IMG/VR virus record: IMGVR_UViG_3300007094_000006
Span: 32,797 to 96,796 of that record
Strand: one strand, 5' to 3'
Length of the DNA stretch: 64,000 nucleotides
Origin: a virus
Position numbers and translations under genes: made by a program. Below the pieces are notes generated by a model. That model was not told the origin of the DNA and made no database searches. It worked only from the letters and a program-made list of their open reading frames with translations. Shown here one piece after another: positions 50,203 to 60,475 of this stretch. The first letter of the stretch is position 1. Each line of letters opens with the position of its first letter.

Positions 50203-50546
50203 TGGAACTCCTGTGTTTTTTTGTATATTACTATTATGTCATCTTTTTTTAGAAATGTCTATTGCGTATGTGACACTTTCTAAACTGGCATAATCGGTAT
50301 TGACATTTTTAGTTTTTTGTGCTTAATATAATAATTAATAAACTACCACATGACCTCTACATAAACTTTGCTTTTTTTCAAGTATTATTGTGACACTTTA
50401 TGAACCAGTACATTATGCCTGCATAAACTTTGCTTTTTGTCAAGTCTAATTGTGACAATTTTTAAACTGGCACATTAGGGCTTGACGTTTTACGCTTTTG
50501 TGACAAAATGTGCCAATTAAATAACTGGCACATTAGGGCTTGACAA

Positions 50547-50690
50547 TTAGCTAAACATTAGTCTTTCTAACCATTTAGCTTTCTTTTCCAAATTATTTTT
50601 CGACAAAAAATTAAAAACCAATACTATTTCTTTTCCACGTTTAGCAACAATATGTTTAGCCGACAATTTGATTCTGAGTGGGTTAACCAT
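50547..50690 (-). CDS. 47-aa basic peptide, NPLRIKLS family copy 2
   Basis: diverged paralog with the frame preserved. Confidence 0.72.
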   Translation of the reverse strand: MVNPLRIKLSAKHIVAKRGKEIVLVFNFLSKNNLEKKAKWLERLMFS

Positions 50691-50975
50691 TTCTAACTCC
50701 TGTGTTTTTTCTTTATGTTACCATTATGTCATCTTTTTTTAGAAATGTCTATGTCCTATGTGACACTTTCTAAACTGGCATAATTTGACTTGATATTTTA
50801 ACTTTTTTGTGGTAGCTGTGACAAATTATAAACTGACACATTTCCTCCTGCATAAATTTTGCTTTTTATCAAGTCCTATTGTGCCAATTAAATAACTGGG
50901 ACATTTGGACTTGACATTTTGACCTTTTGTGATAAATGTGCCAATTATTTAATTGGCACATTACCTGTTGACATT

Positions 50976-51224
50976 TTAGGCTTTTCTTGCTACTTTTAGC
51001 ACTTGTACCACCGTACAGTCATATTTGTTCCGAATAGTACGATTGAACTCTCGCCCCATAGATTCTGCATTACAGAGATTTCTGTACACCTGTATTGGTA
51101 CACCAGTATATCTGTACTCACTCCCAGAGGTGAATATAACTCTTAATGTTTCGCTAATTTGTTCATAACCAACAGCTAATATTACTGAGGATTGAACTTC
51201 TATCAGGGGAATGTCGTAAATCAT
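50976..51224 (-). CDS. KTSC domain protein
   Basis: VQSSVILAVGY...LRVIF.SG..Y.Y.GVP...Y..L..AES.G..FN..IR. Confidence 0.88.
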   Translation of the reverse strand: MIYDIPLIEVQSSVILAVGYEQISETLRVIFTSGSEYRYTGVPIQVYRNLCNAESMGREFNRTIRNKYDCTVVQVLKVARKA

Positions 51225-51399
51225 TGTCTAACTCCTGTGTCTTTCTGTATGTTACCATTATGTCATCTTTTTTTAGAAATGTCTATGTCCTATGTGACAC
51301 TTTCTAAACTGGCATATTTTGACTTGACCTTTTAACCTTTTTGTGGTAGATGTGCCAATTCATAAACTGACACATTTCCTATTGACATTTTGACTTTTT

Positions 51400-51576
51400 T
51401 TATTTCATGTCTAAATATTCTTTCCTTACCGTTGCAGGTCTTAAAACTTCACCTTCACATTCAACTTTTTTTCCTTCACCTTCACATTCAACTTTTTTGG
51501 GTATCTGGTTAACAATCGTAGCCATAAATACAACGGGAATGATTACTACTGAAATTATTAGCACTACAGTTTTCAT
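51400..51576 (-). CDS. small membrane peptide, KKVECE family copy 4 (58 aa)
   Basis: paralog; cassette promoter and RBS. Confidence 0.75.
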   Translation of the reverse strand: MKTVVLIISVVIIPVVFMATIVNQIPKKVECEGEGKKVECEGEVLRPATVRKEYLDMK

Positions 51577-51919
51577 GTCTAACTCCTGTGTTTTTCTTTA
51601 TATTACCATTATGTCATCTTTTTTTAGAATTGTCTATGCCGTATGTGAGACTTTATAAACTGGCATAATCGGTATTGACATTTTTAGTTTTTGTGGAATA
51701 TATAATAATTATTAAACTACCTCATTATCTCTACATAAACTTTGCTTTTTGTCAAGTCTAATTGTGACACTTTGTGAACTGTCACATTACACCTGCAATA
51801 AACTTTACTTTTTGTCAAGTATAATTGTGACACTTTCTAAACTGGCACAATTGGACTTGACAATTTTAGTTTTTGTAGTAGATGTGCCAATTTTTAAACT
51901 GGCACATCTGGACTTGACA

Positions 51920-52063
51920 CTAACTAAACAATAGTCTTGCTAACCACTTAGCTTTTTTTTCCCAATCATTGGTAGGCATGAAATTATAAATCAATACAAT
52001 TTCTTTGCCTCGTTTTGCAACTTTATGTTTAGCCGACAATTTGATTCTGAGTGGGTTAATCAT
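51920..52063 (-). CDS. 47-aa basic peptide, NPLRIKLS family copy 3
   Basis: near-identical to 50059-50202. Confidence 0.72.
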   Translation of the reverse strand: MINPLRIKLSAKHKVAKRGKEIVLIYNFMPTNDWEKKAKWLARLLFS

Positions 52064-52408
52064 TGGAACTCCTGTGTTTTTTTGTATATTACTATTATGT
52101 CATCTTTTTTTAGAAATGTCTATTGCGTATGTGACACTTTCTAAACTGGCATAATCGGTATTTACATTTTTAGTTTTTGTGGAATATATAATAATTATTA
52201 AACTACCTCATTATCTCTACATAAACTTTGCTTTTTGTCAAGTCTAATTGTGACACTTTGTGAACTGTCACATTATCCCTGCAATAAACTTTACTTTTTG
52301 TCAAGTCTAATTATGCCAATTTATAAACTGGCACATTAAGACTTGAAAATTCTGAAAAACTGATATACGATGTATATAGACACATAGAGAAATTAAAGGG
52401 AGTATTTT

Positions 52409-52747
52409 ATGGCGATGTCTTGGAATTTTACCCTAGAAAAATTAAAAATTGCACGGCACAATCTATCAACCATTCCTCATGGCACATTATGGGAAATTTG
52501 GTGTGAAATTCAAACATTTTTAGAAGTGTGTGAACGTGAAGGTGTAAACCCTGCTACGTTGGTATGTCGGGGTCACTTTTGGGATGAAGTTGTTTACTCC
52601 GGTTTCCTTAGCCGTCCGATATGGGAGGACAGAGAAGATTTAGAAAAAAGCATCTGGGAGTATGCTGAAAGTTTGAAAGAATGTGACAACGATTTTTCAA
52701 TTATCTTCTTATGCCCCTACGGTTGTCACGCAGTCAAGTTAGACTAA
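52409..52747 (+). CDS. hypothetical protein
   Basis: palindrome plus TTGAAA...TACGAT promoter; GGGAG RBS. Confidence 0.72.
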   Translation: MAMSWNFTLEKLKIARHNLSTIPHGTLWEIWCEIQTFLEVCEREGVNPATLVCRGHFWDEVVYSGFLSRPIWEDREDLEKSIWEYAESLKECDNDFSIIFLCPYGCHAVKLD

Positions 52748-53142
52748 CCTAAACCAAATTTGAACAGAACACTAACCATCAATTCGGTTGGTGTTTTTTA
52801 TAATTAGCACTTTGGAATAGGCTCTAAGGTTTATTAGGTGGTTCATCATTTTGTTTCGCCAAAGCGATAACTGACGTTAATAGCATTGCCGTTATTTCTA
52901 CAACGTTGCGCCCGAATTTGTCAGGGTTTTTAATAGCCAATACATTAACCGCTATTAAGCTCACAGAAGACATTAATATTAACCAAATTTTTATCTGATT
53001 CATAACTTTATTAAAAATAAAATAGGACGGTATATCCCGTCCATATCTTGACTATTTATAAGGTTTAACCGGTTTTGGAGTAACCTTTTTAATCTTCTTT
53101 CCGCACGATTTCTTTTTCATTGTGACCTTAGAAAATAAACAC

Positions 53143-53520
53143 TCACTTAAAGATTGAGCGAATTAGATTATTTACTTCCCTTGTTAACTTTGATTTACAA
53201 AGTCCTAACTCTATTTCAAATATTTTATTGATTAAACCTAAATACTCACTTGAATCACTTTTTATCTCTAAACGGTAACTTTTGTCATCAGAATACCAAT
53301 AAGAAAGTTGCCCCTTTAAACCATTAGCCTCAATACCTAAATTTGAACAATACTCACAAACATTTTCTAAATTATCAGCCGTCAACTCTAGCCATCCAAA
53401 GTTATCATAGTCTTCGATTTCTGATAGTGATACCTGACACTTAGTGTTCAAGTCAATGACCCCCGCATCAAACAAATTAAATAATTCGTCGTAACTGTGA
53501 TAGCTTAATCTTACGAACAT
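53143..53520 (-). CDS. early hypothetical protein, MFVRLSYHS family copy 2
   Basis: paralog of 49005-49352. Confidence 0.78.
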   Translation of the reverse strand: MFVRLSYHSYDELFNLFDAGVIDLNTKCQVSLSEIEDYDNFGWLELTADNLENVCEYCSNLGIEANGLKGQLSYWYSDDKSYRLEIKSDSSEYLGLINKIFEIELGLCKSKLTREVNNLIRSIFK

Positions 53521-53644
53521 GATTGGTTACTCCTGTTTTTTGCTTATGTACCCATTATGTCATTTATCCCAGAAAGTGTCAAGGAGTTTTTTGTCGGTTG
53601 TGACACTTTTTAAACTGGCACATAACCCCTTGACTTTTTTTTTC

Positions 53645-54058
53645 TCAACAGAGTTGAATTTTTTCTAACAATTGTTTTTTTGTCATACTGCCATAACCTT
53701 TAATTTTTAATTCTCTAGCCATCTCTTTCAATTGTTTGACCGTTAAAACTTTAGATTCTACCTGTTCCTGTTTAATCGCTACTTGAGATATTGACTCTAT
53801 TTTAGACACTAAATTTAAATCTTCCTCTACATTTTCTAAATTGGGAATTTGAGTCTTAATTTCTGTATCGGTATTGTCCATATCAAGCAAGTTTTGAGGA
53901 TAAAATACACGGTTATCCACCCTCTCCAAAATTCCCCAGAATGCGTGCAACATACCCGATATTATCATCATTAATAGAAAGAACACAACGGTAGCGTTAA
54001 ATGCCCAATATGTCCCAATTGAGATATAATCCAAAATCATTTTATCTAGTGTAGTCAT
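53645..54058 (-). CDS. membrane protein with C-terminal Rho-N/SAP-like nucleic-acid-binding motif
   Basis: N-terminal TM segment; LTVKQLKEMARELKIKGYGSMTKKQLL. Confidence 0.75.
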   Translation of the reverse strand: MTTLDKMILDYISIGTYWAFNATVVFFLLMMIISGMLHAFWGILERVDNRVFYPQNLLDMDNTDTEIKTQIPNLENVEEDLNLVSKIESISQVAIKQEQVESKVLTVKQLKEMARELKIKGYGSMTKKQLLEKIQLC

Positions 54059-54403
54059 AGGGGTTAACTCCTGTTTTCGATATATTTATAGTATGTGATC
54101 TTTTTCAAAGATTGTCAATACCTTTAGTTTTATCTTTTTTTATCTGTTTTAGGCATTCTCATAAGTTTATCTAATATAACTTTTGATTATAATTTTCCCA
54201 CCTTGTCATTAGATTGCATAATATAACTTTTGATTATCCTTGTAATAATTTTTTATTATGTGCTAACCCTATGCACGCACCTGCAATTGTTATTTTAGAT
54301 TAAAGCAGTGAATATTACCACTGCTTAACTTTTTTGATCTGTTAGTTTAGTTAGGGTTTTCGCTTCAATTAACCCCATTTTGCCAAACAAGGATTAAGTA
54401 GAT

Positions 54404-54823
54404 TTAATCCTCTGTAACGGACCATCCAAAGTCTTTAAGAACCTTTATTACAGAGTCTAGTCTAGATTTTATGTCTTCTTTATTCTTCTCCAAAACTTCA
54501 TAATCTTTCATTAATGCTTCACAAAAAACATCCTGTAAGTATGATTTAATGTTGTCCACATTTTTTCCCGTTACTCGTATTTTTATTTCCCCCTCAAAAC
54601 TAGGTGTTATTATTACTTGATGATCTGTCCATTCTTGCCGTAGCTCATGCCAATAAGCTGTGTCTATCACTATTCTTTTTTCTGTTGATTTTAGTAATAT
54701 CACACTTTTTGCCTCGATTCCATTACCTATCGGTAATAATTTCTGCAACTTAACAAATTCTTGCCATTTTAGCATTGCATTTTTTTGACTAGCCACTCTT
54801 GCAATCTTTTGGTACAACTTCAC
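54404..54823 (-). CDS. early hypothetical protein, KLYQKIAR family copy 1
   Basis: tandem paralog; GTG start. Confidence 0.8.
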   Translation of the reverse strand: MKLYQKIARVASQKNAMLKWQEFVKLQKLLPIGNGIEAKSVILLKSTEKRIVIDTAYWHELRQEWTDHQVIITPSFEGEIKIRVTGKNVDNIKSYLQDVFCEALMKDYEVLEKNKEDIKSRLDSVIKVLKDFGWSVTED

Positions 54824-55065
54824 GGGGTTAACTCCTGTTTTTTGCTTATGTACCTATTATGCCATTTTTTTCAAAGACTGTCAATGCCTTTAGATTAGTC
54901 TTTTTTATAGGGCTTAGATATTTTCATAAGTTTATCTAATATAGCTTTTGATTATCCTTGTAATAATTTTTTATTATGCGTTAACCCCATGCACGCACCT
55001 GCAATTGTTATTTTAGATTAAAGCAGTGAATATTACCACTGCTTTAGCCTTTTTGATCTGTTAGT

Positions 55066-55461
55066 TTAGTTCGATTCAGATTCTGACGAGTCTTTTAAAT
55101 CCCATCCCTTTTTAAAAACCTCATACTCTTTCATTAATGCTTTACGAAAAACTTCCTCTAAGTATTCTTTAATGTTGTCCACATTTTTTCCTGTTACTCG
55201 GATTTTTATTTCTCCCTCAAAACTAGGTGTTATTACTATTTCATGGTGTGTCCATTGACTTGTCTCAAAACTATCTTTAGGATGCCAATAAGCTGTGTAT
55301 ATCACTATTCTTTTTTCTGTTGATTTTTTTTTTGATATTACACATCCCATATCGCTTCCATTGCCTATTGGCAATAACTCTTGCAACTTAACGAATTCTT
55401 CCCGTTTTAGCATCGCATCTTTTTGACTAGCTACTCTTGCAATCTTTTGGTACAACTTCAT
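55066..55461 (-). CDS. early hypothetical protein, KLYQKIAR family copy 2
   Basis: tandem paralog. Confidence 0.8.
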   Translation of the reverse strand: MKLYQKIARVASQKDAMLKREEFVKLQELLPIGNGSDMGCVISKKKSTEKRIVIYTAYWHPKDSFETSQWTHHEIVITPSFEGEIKIRVTGKNVDNIKEYLEEVFRKALMKEYEVFKKGWDLKDSSESESN

Positions 55462-55751
55462 AATGGGTTTTCCTGTTTTTTGCTTATGTTATTAGTATGT
55501 CATATTTTTCAAAGAATATCAATACCTTTAGTTTTGTATTTTCTTATTTGTTTTTGAATTTGTCATAAGTTTATCTAATATGATTTTTTATTATGGTTTT
55601 GTTAGCTAGTCATTAGATTAACTAATATCACTTTTAATTATCCTTGAGTTAAGTTTTTAATCTGTGCTAACCTCATGCACACACCTGCAATTCTTAATCT
55701 TGATTAAAGCAGTGATTTTAACCACTGCTTTAACCTTTTTGAACTGTTAGT

Positions 55752-56144
55752 TTAGTTCGATTCAGATTCTGACGAGTCTTTTATCTCCCATCCCTTTTTA
55801 AAAACCTCATACTCTTTCATTAATGCCTCATAAAAAATATCATATAAGTAGTCCTTAACGTTGTTCTCATTTTTACCAGTTATTCTGATGTTTATTTCCC
55901 CCTCAAAACTAGGTGTTATTACTATTTGATGATCTGTCCATCGACTTGTCTCATAACTATCGTTATGATGCCAATAAGCTGTGTCTATCACTATTCTTTT
56001 TTCTGTTGATTTTAGTAATATCACACTTTTTGCCTCGATTCCATTACCTATCGGTAATAATTTCCGCAACTTATCAAATTCTTGCCATTTTAGTATCGCA
56101 TTTTTTTGACTAGCCACTCTTGCAATCTTTTGGTACAACTTCAT
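55752..56144 (-). CDS. early hypothetical protein, KLYQKIAR family copy 3
   Basis: tandem paralog; start trimmed to MKLYQK. Confidence 0.8.
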   Translation of the reverse strand: MKLYQKIARVASQKNAILKWQEFDKLRKLLPIGNGIEAKSVILLKSTEKRIVIDTAYWHHNDSYETSRWTDHQIVITPSFEGEINIRITGKNENNVKDYLYDIFYEALMKEYEVFKKGWEIKDSSESESN

Positions 56145-56404
56145 AATGGATAACTCTTGTTTTTTGCTTATGTACCTATTATGCCATTTATCTCTTAAAA
56201 TATCAAGTGGTTTTTGGTGTTTTGGGACAGTTTCTAAACTGTCACATACATTCTTGACTTTTTGGCTTTTTAGTGCATATACTACCATGATTTTTTTTTA
56301 TTTAAAAAAATTTTTTATGTGTTATAGTGCAGGGGTAATCTTTCCCTCTAGGGATTCACTCAATCCTTAAATACAAGGAAAAACTTTTTAACCGGGAAAA
56401 CTTT

Positions 56405-57175
56405 ATGTCTGAACAATTAATTTTTCAGCGTCTATTAAGTGCTAAACGAGATTGGGCAGTTATGCCTATTCAAAACGGTCACTGTATTTCTGGTGCAGAA
56501 AAAACTATCCAAAAAGCTCTAGAGGCTCGGCACTTAGAATTACCCGTTGGTCAATGGATTAAAGAGTGTGCTAGTCTTGAGAGAAAGTGGTTATCTGACT
56601 ACGGTGTTTTATTACTATCCTCTAATTTTAAAGACGAAAAAAAACATGATTCTCAGTTAAATTATGCCTATTCCAATATCTCTTTAGCTAAATTAACTGA
56701 TAAGCTACAAATTGAGTATGAATCTCGTTCTTTAGTCTCTAAATGGTTAAAAATGGGAGAGAAATATCACCCCGTTTTAGTTACTTGGGTTATCGAACAA
56801 TCTATCTTTTTTCCCGTTCTAACTTTATACCGCCGTCTAGGTGGTACTCAGTTGGCTATGGTTTCCGCAGAAATTAGCAGGGATGAGTCAATTCACGCTA
56901 GAACTAACGGTACTATCGTTAATTTGTTAGGACTTTCTATTCCTTCTGACTTGGATGACCTTAGACAACAAACTATTGAGTGGCTTGTTTCAGACCTTGA
57001 TGAGTCTGGCATTGATGGTAAATACGGTCAATCTCAAAATTATATTGACCAGTCTTTTCAATTACTCCATCAAGGTTCTTATGCTAAGTTTAAAGATACT
57101 TCTTTTGCAGTTATGCCTGGTTTCTTTGAAACACATCGTAGCCATTTACCCAAGTACGGACGTTCTCAAATTTAA
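56405..57175 (+). CDS. nrdB: ribonucleotide reductase beta subunit (ferritin-like)
   Basis: two DExxH motifs (DEKKH, DESIH), LELPVG, IEQSIFF. Confidence 0.78.
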   Translation: MSEQLIFQRLLSAKRDWAVMPIQNGHCISGAEKTIQKALEARHLELPVGQWIKECASLERKWLSDYGVLLLSSNFKDEKKHDSQLNYAYSNISLAKLTDKLQIEYESRSLVSKWLKMGEKYHPVLVTWVIEQSIFFPVLTLYRRLGGTQLAMVSAEISRDESIHARTNGTIVNLLGLSIPSDLDDLRQQTIEWLVSDLDESGIDGKYGQSQNYIDQSFQLLHQGSYAKFKDTSFAVMPGFFETHRSHLPKYGRSQI

Positions 57176-57271
57176 TTTGACCTTTAACAAGTCTTAATCC
57201 TGTCTTAAAACTAGGTAACTTTTTAGTTACCCAGTTTTTTGTCCCGGTGTTTTTCTCACGGAAATTTTGGG

Positions 57272-57688
57272 TTAATCGAAAATCTTATCGATTGCATCAA
57301 ATACTTGTGGCAATACTATATGATTAATTCTGTTAACTTCTGCTTGATTTTTGATTACTTCTGATAACGGGTTTTCCGTTATATGAGAACTCCCCCGTCC
57401 TAATATTTCCGCTACTTCTTTTAATTGATAAGCGGTTTTCGCTAACTCATAAAACTTCCATAGGTTATCCCCTCTCAATTTTTTGTTTAAAGTGTAGTCT
57501 CTTTCTAAGGCATCTCTCCAATTTTTATCCCCATAGTTTCGCAAGTGAAAATGTTCCCCTGTAGCTTGTAAATACCCTAATGACCAGTACCAATTACAAT
57601 CCCTTGTCGGGGCGACGATATATACCCTTTTTCCATCTTCTTTTCTTTTTCCCAGATAATGTCTTTTTGTCCATTTTGTGCTATACAT
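57272..57688 (-). CDS. hypothetical phage protein
   Basis: 138 aa; promoter-like CATAAT upstream. Confidence 0.72.
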   Translation of the reverse strand: MYSTKWTKRHYLGKRKEDGKRVYIVAPTRDCNWYWSLGYLQATGEHFHLRNYGDKNWRDALERDYTLNKKLRGDNLWKFYELAKTAYQLKEVAEILGRGSSHITENPLSEVIKNQAEVNRINHIVLPQVFDAIDKIFD

Positions 57689-57831
57689 TGTCTTTTTCCT
57701 CTTTGTTTGGTTGATGTGTCTATTATGTCACACTTTTTAGGTTTTGTAAATGTCCATAACTTCAACTTTGCTTATTGCCGTCATTAGTTTAGCTTATATA
57801 GGTTAACTTTTTTAAGGCTACCCTATTTTTT

Positions 57832-58194
57832 TTACCTTCCTAACAACTGGTTAATCCTGTTAAAGATTGACTTGAATTTTTTAGGGTCACTTGTTTCTAA
57901 GTGCATAGAGTAGTATGTTACCTCCCCGTTGAACAAACATATATCGCCATCTACTGATGAGAACCATCTTTTATCTTCTCTTGGGTCATTAGCACATACT
58001 CCTAAGTTTTTAGCACAATTTATCAACCAGTCTAAACCATAAAGACCTACCTCATACTTTAGCTGTATGTGTGTGTTTTCTGATTCCCATTCTAAAGGAT
58101 AAAAATTATTTGTTTCAACTTGTACATATCCATTCGCTAATAGTTCCCCCTCATGTGAATAAGTTTCAAAGGTATAGCTGATTGTTGTCGTCAT
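57832..58194 (-). CDS. hypothetical protein
   Basis: cassette promoter and RBS. Confidence 0.72.
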   Translation of the reverse strand: MTTTISYTFETYSHEGELLANGYVQVETNNFYPLEWESENTHIQLKYEVGLYGLDWLINCAKNLGVCANDPREDKRWFSSVDGDICLFNGEVTYYSMHLETSDPKKFKSIFNRINQLLGR

Positions 58195-58475
58195 GATTGG
58201 TTACTCCTGTTTTTTGCTTATGTACCCATTATGCTATCTTTTCAACGCCTTGTCAATACTTTTCCTATTTGTTTCTGTTATGTATCTCTGTTCTCCCTAT
58301 AACCTTATCTTATATAAATTTTTCTTATCTTTGTTATTAGTTTTGCTTATATTGAAACCTCATACACACAAACATTTGCATTATTCTTTCTTTAAGTAGT
58401 CACTCCTTGCATATTTCTGCTTTATTTGGTATAGACAAGAAAAGGTGAGTACATTAACTCACCCTTCTGTTTTAG

Positions 58476-59057
58476 TTATTTTTCCGCAGTTCGGCTTAGA
58501 ATAACCTCTAGTTCTTTGAGTAGCAATTCCTTCTCAGACTCGCTAAATTCAAAACTAATACTAAAATCGTCTAGATGCCCAAAATTGTCAGCATAATCCT
58601 CAAGTAACTCACCTAGTTCGTCACAGGTTAATAAACACTTTTCATCCTCACTGGTTACTCGTTTATCATCTTTTAACTCTGGTATTGCTTCTAACAATTG
58701 CTCAAAACAATCAATATAGCCACAACTTGACCAAAACTCATACCACTGTTCGTATTCTAAGTCAGACCAATCTTGGTCATCTAGTATTGAGTAATCTTTT
58801 AAGCTTTTCTTTTTCTCGTCTATTGCTTCTAATTGCAAAGAGTCTTTATGAACCATTAAAGCTTTAAATTTCATAAAACCCCCAAAACTATACTCTTCTA
58901 AGTCGGGAAATAATCGATGCCAGACTCGATAATTACTCATATCTACTGTATCACTCTGCTCCGATTCAACTGCCACTACATAGTAATCCGTTAAATCCAC
59001 TCCTAAGTAATTTGGTGCTTCTATCCATTTTTTTAGATGTTGCGGTTGATAGTTCAT
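58476..59057 (-). CDS. acidic hypothetical protein
   Basis: cassette promoter and RBS; D/E-rich. Confidence 0.75.
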   Translation of the reverse strand: MNYQPQHLKKWIEAPNYLGVDLTDYYVVAVESEQSDTVDMSNYRVWHRLFPDLEEYSFGGFMKFKALMVHKDSLQLEAIDEKKKSLKDYSILDDQDWSDLEYEQWYEFWSSCGYIDCFEQLLEAIPELKDDKRVTSEDEKCLLTCDELGELLEDYADNFGHLDDFSISFEFSESEKELLLKELEVILSRTAEK

Positions 59058-59208
59058 ATTCGGTAACTCCTGTTTTTTGCTTATGTACCCATTGTGTCAT
59101 TTATCTCTTGGAATGTCAAGGGGTTTTTTGTTTGTTGTGACACTTTATAAACTGGCATATCTCCCCTTGACTTTTTGGCTTTTTTTACTGATAACTGATA
59201 ACCCCTAA

Positions 59209-59400
59209 TTAATCTTCTAATTCCCAATTATTTTCAAGTGCATAGAGATTATCACTTAATATCTCTATCTCTTTGTCTCCCTCATTTTCGACTGAGACAT
59301 TTAGGTATAAATCGTCAAACAGTGTCAACGCTTGTTTTCTGTTTTTTGCCTTGATTGTGACCTCAATTGTGAGGTTTAAAGTCCCGGTGTATTCTTTCAT
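59209..59400 (-). CDS. small acidic protein, KEYTG family copy 1
   Basis: paralog of 59906-60112; both end WELED. Confidence 0.72.
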   Translation of the reverse strand: MKEYTGTLNLTIEVTIKAKNRKQALTLFDDLYLNVSVENEGDKEIEILSDNLYALENNWELED

Positions 59401-59431
59401 TTTTTTTGTCCCCTATTAGGTGTTATTGACA

Positions 59432-59518
59432 GATAACTGATAACTGATTACTGATAACTGATAACTGATAACTGATTACTGATTACTGATAACTGATAAC
59501 TCATTACTAATTACTGAC
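59432..59518. repeat. ACTGAT(A/T) heptamer tandem repeat (STRR-like)
   Basis: about 12 copies; short runs also near 59180, 59885 and 60145. Confidence 0.9.
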
Positions 59519-59521
59519 CAC

Positions 59522-59851
59522 TTAAAATTGGTGAAAAATTACGCCCCCCTCAAATTGGATAACTGTAGTCCGATCTTCCAAATATTTTAAAGCCGCCGCT
59601 TCTTTCTCACCCTCTTCATCATTGTCATCATTGTAAATAAAATCATATTGTTCCGCCGCTTCTAGTGCGCTAGAGTATTCGGAATACTCGCAACGGAAAG
59701 CGATTCTATCAAATTGGATTGGCTCATCAAGGCTATCCTCTAAGTCTTCTAGATGCTTGACTAACGCCTCAGCACCAGACCATGACCAGTTGGCATATTC
59801 ATCACTTACAAGTAAACTAATGGCTTCTGTGGTGCTTAAATTCGTGTACAT
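59522..59851 (-). CDS. acidic phage protein (possible DNA mimic)
   Basis: WS..GAEAL...LE...RCEYSEY family; highly acidic. Confidence 0.7.
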   Translation of the reverse strand: MYTNLSTTEAISLLVSDEYANWSWSGAEALVKHLEDLEDSLDEPIQFDRIAFRCEYSEYSSALEAAEQYDFIYNDDNDEEGEKEAAALKYLEDRTTVIQFEGGVIFHQF

Positions 59852-59905
59852 TTTGTAACTCCTAAATAAATGTGTTAGTGTTTACTGATAACTGATAACT
59901 GGCAA

Positions 59906-60112
59906 TTAATCCTCTAGTTCCCAATCTGCATAGTCAATATCATCTCGCCAGTATAAGAGTTCAGGCATATCATCCATATCTTCCCCAAAACTAAGAGAGA
60001 TAGCAGGGTAAATATTTTCTAGCAATTCTAAGGCTTCTTTGTTGCTTTTTGCTGCTAATGTGACCTCAAGATTGATTTTGAGTCTTCCAGTGTATTCCTT
60101 ACGTTCCTTCAT
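59906..60112 (-). CDS. small acidic protein, KEYTG family copy 2
   Basis: paralog of 59209-59400. Confidence 0.72.
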   Translation of the reverse strand: MKERKEYTGRLKINLEVTLAAKSNKEALELLENIYPAISLSFGEDMDDMPELLYWRDDIDYADWELED

Positions 60113-60172
60113 GTTTTTTGATCTCCTAATGGGTGAGTTTTTTACTGATAGTTGATAACTGTTTCTTGATAA

Positions 60173-60466
60173 TTAATGCTTCACAATTTTGTCAACTTCC
60201 TCATCATACCAAGAAAAAAGACACTCATAACACCTCGAAATATGACAAAAATCATAAACGTCTAGGGTGATTTTTCTGTCTGGCATCCACGCCTTTAAGG
60301 TTTTTCCCGTTGATTTTAGCAGAGAAATTACCTCTTTTTCGGTCAACTCATCTAAGTCAAAACTAATCCGATAGTTATCAGTTGTTTCGTCAGACTGTAT
60401 TAGTTTTCCGTCCTTATCTCTGACTCTTAGCCATAAGGTGTAATTACTTTTGTTTTCCTGTTTCAT
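60173..60466 (-). CDS. hypothetical protein
   Basis: operon position. Confidence 0.7.
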   Translation of the reverse strand: MKQENKSNYTLWLRVRDKDGKLIQSDETTDNYRISFDLDELTEKEVISLLKSTGKTLKAWMPDRKITLDVYDFCHISRCYECLFSWYDEEVDKIVKH

Positions 60467-60475
60467 GATTCCATC

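Larger units (their letters stand above)
47318..52340. repeat. dense array of 24-bp palindrome TGTG(A/C)CA(C/A)TT-N4-AACTGGCACA coupled to TTGACA boxes
   Basis: about 35 copies by eye, 53-62 bp period within tandem runs; outliers at ~53599, 56224, 59136, 61535, 62050. Confidence 0.92.

Noticed and set aside
48201-51934. Plus-strand ORFs 48201-48452, 51407-51658 and 51749-51934
   Set aside because: Antisense shadows of the KKVECE peptides or translations of the repeat; promoter and RBS signals are on the minus strand
47318-52340. CRISPR array
   Set aside because: Repeats are degenerate, the intervening sequences are themselves conserved promoter-like text or whole genes rather than unique spacers, and no cas genes are present
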